Shown here one piece after another: positions 20,001 through 27,578 of a DNA stretch of 40,950 bases (the first letter of the stretch is position 1; every line of letters starts with the position of its first letter). The notes below the pieces were generated by a model, which was not told where the DNA came from, made no database searches, and saw only the letters and a list, made by a program, of their open reading frames with translations. A program made the translations under genes and the position numbers. The stretch lies in IMG/VR virus record IMGVR_UViG_3300008255_000222, positions 1 to 40,950 of that record; one strand, written 5' to 3'. This stretch comes from a virus. Its lineage: Duplodnaviria; Caudoviricetes.

Positions 20001-20041
20001 AAGTGTCAGACTTTTTAAAGTAGCGAAGTGTCAGACTTTTT
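20001..20041 (+). repeat. Probable integrase arm-type sites
   Basis: AAGTGTCAGACTTTTT at 20001 and 20026; related GTGTCCGACA at 19822. Confidence 0.7.
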
Positions 20042-21130
20042 CCCCGCTTCCAGCTTTGTAATTGCGTTTTCCGCCACCGATGAATCGCGCATCAGGTAGC
20101 GTTTTAAAATCGTTTCCACGCTTCCCAATGTATGTCCTGTTATCGCGGCGATCTCCGGCACGGAGCATCCGGAACGCGCCAGACGGACAACGCATGTATG
20201 GCGCAAATGCGCGAATTTCACATGCCCCAGCCCCGCGCCGTTGGCCATCTTTCTGAACAGGTGGCGGAAATTGAACGGCTTGTACGGGTTTTTGGTGCGC
20301 TCATTCCCTACCAGATGCCCCGCCGCGCCGTTCAGGCGCAGTTTCAGGCGCTGGGTGGCCGGAATAATCACATCCGCGCCCGTCTTGTTCTGGAAGAAAC
20401 GGAAAGACCCGTCCCTGTAATCCCGACCATAGGTGAATTTCAGCACGTCACCCTGCCTTTGCCCGGTATCGGCTGCAATTAAAACCGCTGTTCCGACAGA
20501 CCGCCGCCCTGCCTTGTCGCAATGCCTCACAAGCGCGGCAATTTCCTGATCCGTCCAGATATGGATATGCGTTTCCTCGGGCTGTGCCTCGATGCCGGTC
20601 GCCGGATTCTTGTCAATCACACCCATCAGCACCGCCTGATTGAGCAGCATATGCAGAAAGCGTTTCAGCGCGTTCCGCTGGTGCGGCGTGTCGTTGAATT
20701 TGTCCAGAAACTGCTCGATGATTTCCGCTGTCAGATATGTGACAGGCGCGTGTCCGGCCGCATTTGACCATGTCAGCAGTTTCTTTGCGAGAATGCCGTA
20801 ATTCTGCTGTGTTGTTTTTGACAGGCGTTTATATTTTTTCCCCTGCTGGTATCTTGTCAGCACCCACGGGATAGAGCCGCGCGGGTAATATCTGGTTTCA
20901 GGCGATTGATCGCGCATCCCCTTTTCCGCAATCCGCATTTCCTGCAATTCGCGGTAAAGGTCTTTTGCCATGCGGATTGCGTCGTTGAGGTCATCAGGAA
21001 GACGTATAACGCCCTGTTTCCACCCTTGCGGCCTGTGCCTTTTGACGGGCTGGAAATAGAACGCATAGCCGTTCTTGCGGCGTTTTGCGATCATGTAGCG
21101 CGGAAGTTTAATCTTGAATTTTGACGGCAT
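20015..21130 (-). CDS. int: Tyrosine integrase
   Basis: TGQRQGD, QNKT, HLRHT, TGH, RY catalytic set. Confidence 0.95.
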   Translation of the reverse strand: MPSKFKIKLPRYMIAKRRKNGYAFYFQPVKRHRPQGWKQGVIRLPDDLNDAIRMAKDLYRELQEMRIAEKGMRDQSPETRYYPRGSIPWVLTRYQQGKKYKRLSKTTQQNYGILAKKLLTWSNAAGHAPVTYLTAEIIEQFLDKFNDTPHQRNALKRFLHMLLNQAVLMGVIDKNPATGIEAQPEETHIHIWTDQEIAALVRHCDKAGRRSVGTAVLIAADTGQRQGDVLKFTYGRDYRDGSFRFFQNKTGADVIIPATQRLKLRLNGAAGHLVGNERTKNPYKPFNFRHLFRKMANGAGLGHVKFAHLRHTCVVRLARSGCSVPEIAAITGHTLGSVETILKRYLMRDSSVAENAITKLEAGKKSDTSLL

Positions 21131-21377
21131 TCAGGGCTTCCTCAAACGGGTTTTTCGGCATCATGCTGTGCCGCATACCTTGTGACAGATACGCCAGAAT
21201 GTCGTCACGGTCAAATATATCCTGCCGACAGCGGTCAACCGGCGGGGGGAATTTACCCTGTTTGATGCGGCTTCTGATCTGATCTCGTGACAGGCAGGTA
21301 AACGCGCAAACCTCCTGCGCGAAAAGTCTTTTCGGCAGTTTTTGCGGATCTGTCATGTCTTCTCTGGTCAGGTACAT
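21108..21377 (-). CDS. xis: Excisionase/AlpA-like HTH protein
   Basis: EV.....LSR..I...IK.GKFPPPV; overlaps the int start; start codon uncertain (21377 or 21356). Confidence 0.8.
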   Translation of the reverse strand: MYLTREDMTDPQKLPKRLFAQEVCAFTCLSRDQIRSRIKQGKFPPPVDRCRQDIFDRDDILAYLSQGMRHSMMPKNPFEEALNAVKIQD

Positions 21378-21515
21378 TTTCCGTCTTTTAAAAACTGGCG
21401 CCCGCCCCGCAGGAATCACGCTGAACACATTTGCGGGGCGGGCATGGTTAAAACTGTCCGGATTCAATACCGGCTTCGGCGATTGCGATGGCCAGGCGTT
21501 CTTGCATTTCAGTCC

Positions 21516-21761
21516 TCAAAAAATCAACGGCATCTGTTTGGCCTGCTGAACGTGCTTTTTTGTTATGCCGCCGTTTTCTTTAAACCAGTCAACAGATCCA
21601 CTTTTAGCAACGCCAATACTTTCCAGTATTTTCACCATTTCCATCGGCTCTAAATTGAACAACTCTGCGGTTTCAATCACAATTCTGCGAGAAAGCTTAT
21701 TTGTTTTGTAGAGACTTTTCTTGTCCATAATTATTGCTTGCAATATTTTTCTATCCATCAT
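21516..21761 (-). CDS. Hypothetical protein
   Basis: GAGGACTGAAATG start junction; 81 aa. Confidence 0.7.
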   Translation of the reverse strand: MMDRKILQAIIMDKKSLYKTNKLSRRIVIETAELFNLEPMEMVKILESIGVAKSGSVDWFKENGGITKKHVQQAKQMPLIF

Positions 21762-21762
21762 T

Positions 21763-22200
21763 TCAGTCCTCACCAAATAATGAACGCTGATTTTCTTCCG
21801 GTATTGTCTTTTTCTCTTTCGGCTTTTTCTCAACATACCGTGAGTTATAGTCGGGCTTAAAAAGTCCCAATGCACCCTTGCACGGAATAAGCGTGCAGGG
21901 CTGTGCGTCCGTAATAACAAAGCCGTATTTGCCGAAGAACCACGGGCTTTCCATGTCCGATACGCAGTCAACGACATTCACGTGACCCACAATGCCGCCG
22001 CGATCGATCTCATCCTTTGGCGGCAGCGGTATACATGGAAATGTTCGCTTGATAAATTCGTAACCGTCATCATCAAATTTCAATCCTGCATGGATCAAAA
22101 GCAGTCCACGGAATCCTGTTTCCCAATCGCGGTTTTCAACTGGCTTATAACCGTTTACCAAGCACCACGCCCAAGGCTGATTTACTGATAGTGCCTTCAT
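21763..22200 (-). CDS. ASCH-domain protein
   Basis: MKALSVNQPWA....G.K.VENR.W...RG.LLIHAG, GGIVG, KG.LGLF. Confidence 0.9.
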   Translation of the reverse strand: MKALSVNQPWAWCLVNGYKPVENRDWETGFRGLLLIHAGLKFDDDGYEFIKRTFPCIPLPPKDEIDRGGIVGHVNVVDCVSDMESPWFFGKYGFVITDAQPCTLIPCKGALGLFKPDYNSRYVEKKPKEKKTIPEENQRSLFGED

Positions 22201-22277
22201 TTCAGTCCTCTCGTAATTTCCCTGATGACGCAGGGATGTCAAGCCATTTCATTCCCGCCCCCTCTCGTGCGCTTCGG

Positions 22278-22430
22278 TCATTTATTTATCCCCTTCCTAA
22301 TAAGTTTTATAATCTTCCATTCTGGCGGTTCTGGATCTGTGAAAAGAACAGCTATGAAACCGACTGTTAGCGCGGCTATTCCAAAGAACAAGATAATTCC
22401 CATTATCGCAATTACTGACGGAGCATCCAT
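22278..22430 (-). CDS. Small membrane protein
   Basis: One TM segment, GGAGG RBS, TGATG coupling. Confidence 0.6.
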   Translation of the reverse strand: MDAPSVIAIMGIILFFGIAALTVGFIAVLFTDPEPPEWKIIKLIRKGINK

Positions 22431-22663
22431 CACTCGCCTCCTTTCAGGGCTTTGTCGATAATTGCAGCCCATTCGCTGTCGTCAAAACATTCTTTCCTCA
22501 TATGCTTTAACCCACCCCGCAGCCTCTCGTTCTCGGCTTTGAGTCGGTCGTAACAACCAGCGTTAAAGTCCCCAAAGCATTCGAAGCACATATCTGCGCC
22601 GTCCGGTGTTGATCTTTGAGAAGGTTTTCCGCACGATACGCATGGTAAGTTATTCTTTGTCAT
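22430..22663 (-). CDS. Small Zn-finger-like protein
   Basis: CVSC...CFEC followed by a coiled coil. Confidence 0.65.
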   Translation of the reverse strand: MTKNNLPCVSCGKPSQRSTPDGADMCFECFGDFNAGCYDRLKAENERLRGGLKHMRKECFDDSEWAAIIDKALKGGE

Positions 22664-23018
22664 TTACTTCCTCCAGCAACGGGTCACACAGACTTCCCCT
22701 GTAATATGTTCTCAAAACATTCTCCCACCTTTGGACAGACCACTTCCTATTATCCAACCCCTCTATAACATCGAAATAAGTGTATATGTCGCAATCCTCT
22801 GGAATTATAATGCTCGGGCTATACCTATTATGTCCGCAGCATGACCCTAGCGTTATAAGACCAATGCGCCAGATTTCTTGCACAACATCAGCGATGCACG
22901 CATCAACGCAGATACCCACATCTTGTTTATCTGACCAGTCGGGCGGCATTAAGATCACCTCTGGTGTGCTTCCAACAGTAAGATTATAAGACCTGCAATC
23001 ACATTTTTTATCACTCAT
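22650..23018 (-). CDS. Cys-rich hypothetical protein
   Basis: CDC.SYN, CVDACI, T.GSCCGHN motifs. Confidence 0.7.
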   Translation of the reverse strand: MSDKKCDCRSYNLTVGSTPEVILMPPDWSDKQDVGICVDACIADVVQEIWRIGLITLGSCCGHNRYSPSIIIPEDCDIYTYFDVIEGLDNRKWSVQRWENVLRTYYRGSLCDPLLEEVNDKE

Positions 23019-23181
23019 TCCCCGCCTCCCGCGCTGTGATTTTGGCGATTTGCTTTTCAAGTTTTAAAGCGCGAAGCTGTAGCGGTACTGCCAGTTCATT
23101 TACTAAAGGGCTATCAAGTCCGTTTCTATCCTCGATCAACGCCGCAACCCTGCGCAGGTATGCGACTTCTCCATATAACAT
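23011..23181 (-). CDS. 56-aa hypothetical protein (not in ORF track)
   Basis: MLYGEVAYLRR...AREAGNE fills the gap and overlaps both neighbours. Confidence 0.55.
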   Translation of the reverse strand: MLYGEVAYLRRVAALIEDRNGLDSPLVNELAVPLQLRALKLEKQIAKITAREAGNE

Positions 23182-24224
23182 TCGCAAAGCCCATATTTAG
23201 ATTGACATTGCTGATCTTCGTTTTCTGAAAAATTCATAAGGTCGTACTGTACCCCCCCCCGTGTCGTCTTCGCCCATTCCGCAACCGCGTGAATACCCAG
23301 ATAGCCGTCAACATTGACATCGTAACTATCTGTTTTTGTCGTTTTATTATCCGGAAAAAATGTTGCCATGCCGAGCCGTGAACACTCCGAAACTATTTTT
23401 TCCCATTCTGCAACTCGCTCGATATGGTCTGGGTAACGCGCGGCAATAGATGATAGCTCCGATTTATTACACATAACGCATGGGAAGCATCCAACGCGCC
23501 CCATGCCCTCGAAGTAAAGCGGGTTTGGCTGAACATTATGCTTTCTGTGCATTGCAAAAACATCCTCATGCGTCCAGTCAAGTATAGGACGCCAGATCAC
23601 CGCGCCGCTGTCGCAATGTCCGAAACGATCAAGCTTTCTTCGTGCCTCCGATTCCTCCGCACGAACACCCTGCCAAGAAATGACGCGCCGCGCATACCAT
23701 CCGCGCTTTTTCACGGCAGGAAACATTATTTGTCTCTGCATCGGCAGAGACTTCAATTCTTCCGTGCAGAATCGTGCTTTTGTGGATGGAAATCGACCTT
23801 TCAGCATACACAAATCAAGAAAAGGGTTGCCTGTCGGGAACATCAATTCTATCGCTCGATTAATCCTTTCCTGCGGAACTGGCGGCGATACAACGCGGCG
23901 GCCTTTCGGGTACTTTTTATTAGGCGCAAAGTTTGTTACGCGCTCTAGCCCCCAATTATCGCGGATAAATTCACGCCTTTTTTCAAATTTATCCGAAAAA
24001 TCTGCGCGGATAATTTCAATCTTGGGGCCGCCTGTCTTTTCGTGCAGAGTCTGAACAAAGTCATAAGTTTTTTCATGTTCATGGCCTGTATCAGCAAAAA
24101 CTGGGCGGAATGTTAACCCCCATTCCAAAGCCAGCAAGTAAAGAGCTGTAGAATCCTTCCCACCAGAAAACGAGACAATATTCTCAACCCCATCTTGCCG
24201 AATGTATTTCTTAAAACCGTTCAT
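23136..24224 (-). CDS. PAPS reductase-family (PP-loop) protein
   Basis: SFSGGKDS, FADTGHE, RFCT.ELK, GVRAEES, RVGCFPC, C.S.YGLCE. Confidence 0.9.
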   Translation of the reverse strand: MNGFKKYIRQDGVENIVSFSGGKDSTALYLLALEWGLTFRPVFADTGHEHEKTYDFVQTLHEKTGGPKIEIIRADFSDKFEKRREFIRDNWGLERVTNFAPNKKYPKGRRVVSPPVPQERINRAIELMFPTGNPFLDLCMLKGRFPSTKARFCTEELKSLPMQRQIMFPAVKKRGWYARRVISWQGVRAEESEARRKLDRFGHCDSGAVIWRPILDWTHEDVFAMHRKHNVQPNPLYFEGMGRVGCFPCVMCNKSELSSIAARYPDHIERVAEWEKIVSECSRLGMATFFPDNKTTKTDSYDVNVDGYLGIHAVAEWAKTTRGGVQYDLMNFSENEDQQCQSKYGLCECYMEKSHTCAGLRR

Positions 24225-24424
24225 TCCGGCCTCCTCTCCGGCTTAATCCCGCCACACTCAACCCCGCCCTCGCCAGCCATCACAGCAATCGCGCAGTACG
24301 TTTTATGGCTGACTTCATACGGCTCAATCCTGCATGACTCGTCCGCTTTCGCAGGCCAGTTTACCCACAGGATTAGGGCGATTGAGCCTGTTGTAAGGTA
24401 GATAAAAAATCTCTTAATCATCAA
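24221..24424 (-). CDS. Small signal-anchored hypothetical protein
   Basis: N-terminal hydrophobic segment; coupled to neighbours. Confidence 0.55.
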   Translation of the reverse strand: MMIKRFFIYLTTGSIALILWVNWPAKADESCRIEPYEVSHKTYCAIAVMAGEGGVECGGIKPERRPE

Positions 24425-24794
24425 ACTGCCCCTCCGTTACTTTTATGCAGGCGACGCGGCGTGGGCTTGCATTATTATCGGCTTCTTTCCTTGTTAGGTG
24501 CGGTATGCTGACCAGTAAATACAGCCCGTGTTTATCGTATCTATAAACATTCATATACCCCACGCGCAGCTCTTTCCATTCGGAGGTGATGTCGTATGAA
24601 CTGTCTTCGCCGCGCCCACCAGATACTTTTCCGTTTTCCAGATGGTGTGAAACACAGCCGATAGATACACTTTTGTCGTAATCATGCCAGATTGTGACGG
24701 GGTATCTCGCATCAGGACATATCTTGACAACAGTAGCTTTCCAGCCGCCGCGCGTCCGATACGCCTTGCCTTCTTCAAATTTTAGGTCTGTCAT
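24414..24794 (-). CDS. Hypothetical phage protein
   Basis: GKAYRTRGG.KA motif; ATGA coupling. Confidence 0.75.
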   Translation of the reverse strand: MTDLKFEEGKAYRTRGGWKATVVKICPDARYPVTIWHDYDKSVSIGCVSHHLENGKVSGGRGEDSSYDITSEWKELRVGYMNVYRYDKHGLYLLVSIPHLTRKEADNNASPRRVACIKVTEGQFDD

Positions 24795-25348
24795 TTTTTT
24801 GCCTGCTCCTTTGCCATCTTCATAATAATAGTTTTGTGTTCTTTCCAGAATTTCAAAGCCGCTTCACCGCCCATTTCGGCAATCCTTTTGTTATTAAATT
24901 TTGACCACTCGTCATGAGTGTGGTGTTCGCATCCAATTGTGATATGAATCGATGTGATCGTGACAAGCCAAGTCAGCCCAGCAATAAAAAACGGAGATTT
25001 CTCCACGATTACGCCGCCCCAGATTTCGCCGCCCCTGATTACGCCGCCCCTGATTACGCCGCCCCAGATTTCGCCGCCACAGATTACGCCGCCCCAGATT
25101 TCGCCGCCCCAGATTACGCCGCCCCTGATTTCGCCGCCCCTGATTACGCAATCATCTGTTGCTAAGCCGTTTTCGAATACCCAAGCATTTCCTTCTTGGG
25201 ACAAAACTTTTTCTGATTCTATATAGCCACCCATATCGCCTTTTTTCACCGCACCCCAATCAAACTGAATGTCGATCAATGCTCTGATCCGGTAAAATGT
25301 TCGGCCATACTTGACAATCGTTTTGTTTGTTAATTCAAATTTTTTCAT
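24791..25348 (-). CDS. Pentapeptide-repeat (beta-solenoid) phage protein
   Basis: YRIRAL...VKKGD.GGYIE.E..LSQEG.AWV, GG[EV]I[RW] repeats, IGCE.H...W. Confidence 0.8.
   Translation of the reverse strand: MKKFELTNKTIVKYGRTFYRIRALIDIQFDWGAVKKGDMGGYIESEKVLSQEGNAWVFENGLATDDCVIRGGEIRGGVIWGGEIWGGVICGGEIWGGVIRGGVIRGGEIWGGVIVEKSPFFIAGLTWLVTITSIHITIGCEHHTHDEWSKFNNKRIAEMGGEAALKFWKEHKTIIMKMAKEQAKK
25007..25149. repeat. 15-bp tandem repeat, about 9.5 copies
   Basis: GATT(A/T)CGCCGCCCC(A/T) units. Confidence 0.95.
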
Positions 25349-25366
25349 TTCTTCCTTCTCCTTAAG

Positions 25367-25421
25367 TGGCTGGGCTGGCTCTTTGAGTTGTTCACGTATC
25401 GCGTATCACGCCGCAGCCCCA
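25367..25421 (-). ncRNA. Short copy of a CCA-ending structured element
   Basis: 46/48 identical to 27171-27218; GGGCTG/CAGCCC stem then AGCCA. Confidence 0.45.
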
Positions 25422-25459
25422 TAGTTAAAACCTCTGTCAACCTCCCTGACAGTCCGTCG

Positions 25460-26239
25460 TCAAGCCGCACCCCCGTAAAAAGCGGTGTCCATTTGTTCCT
25501 GATGCGCCTCATTGAAAAGGTCATCAATGTTTTTCAGGATCGTCTGGAAGGTGATTGCCCATACCCAAGGGTTTTCATGCCAGCCGAATCCGCGCTTGGC
25601 GTTGATGGAATCCCATAGGGATTTAAAGCTTTCCTTTGCGCTGTATGACGGTTCGCCATCCTCGTCATCAAGGTAATTGCGCCAGCCGTTTTCCGGCGTC
25701 CATCCCTGCCCGCCGAATCCGTTACTGCCGGTGGCAAGATATCCGAGCCAGTTTTCTTCAACGCCTTCCGCCGCCGCATCTTCTTCCGAAATATCTTGAA
25801 CGCGCTGGACGCGAATATCGGTGATTTGCAGGGTTAGGCGGGAATATTTTCGGGGCATGTGGATGGACGGCTTCCATCCTGATCCGCGCTGGACGTCGGC
25901 CTGAAAATGCAGAACATATTTATCATCATCGCCGTAAACAGCGAAATTTTCACGCACCCAGAGATAGTCACCGATTTTGCCGTGGGGGCATAGAACATAC
26001 GCCCAATCCGCAAGCGACATATCACAGCCGTCTTCCGCGCACGGATACCCCCAGTATTTCGGGTCATTTAAAGCGCCTGTATTGCCTTCGTCATCTGCCA
26101 GCCTGACGGGTTCCGGCCATTGTTTCGGAAAGGCCGATTTCAAGATGCGCCGCGTCTGCGTTTTCCGACCGTCAAGGATGGCGCGCACCATTTCGCCTGT
26201 GAATAAAATCGGTTTTGCGTTTATCATTTTTTCAATCAT
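25460..26239 (-). CDS. ASCH/PUA-like phage protein
   Basis: PILF...MVRAILDGRKTQTRR, WKPSIHMPR..SR..L.I..IRV.R, W..NPWVW. Confidence 0.85.
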   Translation of the reverse strand: MIEKMINAKPILFTGEMVRAILDGRKTQTRRILKSAFPKQWPEPVRLADDEGNTGALNDPKYWGYPCAEDGCDMSLADWAYVLCPHGKIGDYLWVRENFAVYGDDDKYVLHFQADVQRGSGWKPSIHMPRKYSRLTLQITDIRVQRVQDISEEDAAAEGVEENWLGYLATGSNGFGGQGWTPENGWRNYLDDEDGEPSYSAKESFKSLWDSINAKRGFGWHENPWVWAITFQTILKNIDDLFNEAHQEQMDTAFYGGAA

Positions 26240-26442
26240 TTTTCTCTGTCCTTTTTCAGGCGGCGGATATGCTCCATGTTGCGTTTGAAGCGGTTTTCGT
26301 CCAGTCGCGGGCGCGGGTCGGGATGCGCGACGCTGACATTGATGCGCGCCGGATCGTGCCGCGCTGCCGGAACATCCTTTGCGATGCCGAGAAAAACGGC
26401 AAACAGGGCAATGGCGGCGGCGAATTTCAGGTCGTCTTTCAT
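26236..26442 (-). CDS. Small membrane-anchored hypothetical protein
   Basis: AGGAGG RBS, N-terminal TM segment. Confidence 0.6.
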   Translation of the reverse strand: MKDDLKFAAAIALFAVFLGIAKDVPAARHDPARINVSVAHPDPRPRLDENRFKRNMEHIRRLKKDREK

Positions 26443-26458
26443 GGCGCTAGCCTCCTTT

Positions 26459-26731
26459 TTAAGCGGCGCTGAACATATCGAGGGTTTTGTCGCAGCGCGG
26501 GATGATGATTTCATCGCCGCAATCATCCTCCGAGACAAGTTCTGCGCTGCAACATTCTGATTCCGTATCATCAAGACAGGCATCAAGAGCGCGGATTCTG
26601 CAATCATTTATGGCCTGATCTTCCGCTATCGACATCGCGTCTTCCTTGTCATCGGCGGAAACCTCGATTGTCAGGGTTTCCTGCGCGGTATAGGTCTTGA
26701 TAACGGTGACTTCGCATTTGTAAGTCGGCAT
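26459..26731 (-). CDS. Acidic Cys-rich hypothetical protein
   Basis: About 23 D/E versus 7 K/R in 90 aa. Confidence 0.7.
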   Translation of the reverse strand: MPTYKCEVTVIKTYTAQETLTIEVSADDKEDAMSIAEDQAINDCRIRALDACLDDTESECCSAELVSEDDCGDEIIIPRCDKTLDMFSAA

Positions 26732-26733
26732 GT

Positions 26734-27102
26734 CTACACATCCATTTCATGTTGCATGCCGATAGCGGCCATGTAGAGTTCTAGAAGTTCGTTTTCCTCG
26801 CGGCGTTTATCGACCGCGATTTTGCGCAGGGAAATGATTTTGCGCATGATTTTCGGTTCAAAGCCGACTGCTTTGGCTTCGGCATAGACCTCGCGGATGT
26901 CTTCGGTCAGCGCCTTTTTTTCTTCCTCTAGGCGTTCAATGCGCTCAAGAAAGGATTTCAGACGTTCACCGGCAATGCCGCCAACCTCTTTGGCCTCGCC
27001 GCTGTTATGACCGATGCCCGGCTCTTTCTTCGCTGCCGGTTCAGTTTTCGGTGCCGGTTCAGTTTTCGGTGCCGGCGCTGGGTTTTTCTTTTTGTCTGAC
27101 AT
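26734..27102 (-). CDS. gapR: GapR/DUF2312-family nucleoid-associated protein
   Basis: GIGHNS, LKSFLERIERLEEEKKAL.EDI.EVYAEAK..GF..KIMR.II.LRK. Confidence 0.9.
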   Translation of the reverse strand: MSDKKKNPAPAPKTEPAPKTEPAAKKEPGIGHNSGEAKEVGGIAGERLKSFLERIERLEEEKKALTEDIREVYAEAKAVGFEPKIMRKIISLRKIAVDKRREENELLELYMAAIGMQHEMDV

Positions 27103-27131
27103 GGAAAATTGTCCTTTCCGTTGTTGTGATC

Positions 27132-27220
27132 TGGTTGGGGGCTGGCTCTACCCTTTCGGTCATAGAGTTAGGCTGGCTATTTGAGTTGTTCCCGTATCGC
27201 GTATCACGCCGCAGCCCCCG
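27132..27220 (-). ncRNA. 89-nt tRNA-like RNA without a recognisable anticodon arm
   Basis: C-GGGGGCTG...CAGCCCCC-A-A-CCA terminal stem, plus CTCTAT/GTAGAG hairpin at the T-arm position. Confidence 0.55.
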
Positions 27221-27416
27221 TAAACTTTGTGCCTTGCCGCTGGGTGGGTCGCGCTTCGAGTTGTGAAGTTTCCCGCGCTTCCCGCCCAGCTTTAAGGTCT
27301 TGCCCGTCCGATTGCTCACAGCGAAAAGGGCGGGTGGATTGCAGGGCGGCGTGTATTACATTTTCAGGAGTGTAAAAAACAAAGGTTGCCGCCCTGCGCT
27401 CCGGGTTAGTGATTAT

Positions 27417-27492
27417 TGGTTGCGGGGGTGGGATTCGAACCCACAATCTCCGGCTTATGAGACCGGCGCGTTAACCGTTCCTCTACCCCACT
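27417..27492 (-). tRNA. tRNA-Met(CAU), initiator-like but atypical
   Basis: 76-nt cloverleaf, CTCATAA loop, GTTCGAATC T loop, encoded CCA, 1:72 mismatch. Confidence 0.9.
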
Positions 27493-27497
27493 TTGTT

Positions 27498-27535
27498 TGG
27501 TCGGGCGGCGCGTTGTCGTCATACAAGACCGCCCG
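27498..27535 (-). ncRNA. 38-nt acceptor-stem minihelix ending ACCA
   Basis: CGGGCGG/CCGCCCG 7-bp stem then A-CCA, 5 nt upstream of the tRNA. Confidence 0.45.
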
Positions 27536-27578
27536 GTAATTGGTAATGCGCCATTTGCGCCGTTTCCGTGATACTGTG

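Noticed and set aside
25007-25149. CRISPR array or DGR variable repeat
   Set aside because: Contiguous in-frame coding repeats with no spacers; no cas or reverse transcriptase gene and no template/variable repeat pair seen
24912-25226. Alternative-frame repeat ORFs (RRNLG, PDYAA, PPQIT)
   Set aside because: By-products of the stop-free 15-bp repeat; the real frame has family motifs on both sides
27220-27410. C4 antisense RNA or a known riboswitch
   Set aside because: I could not match the consensus by eye; an Rfam search is needed
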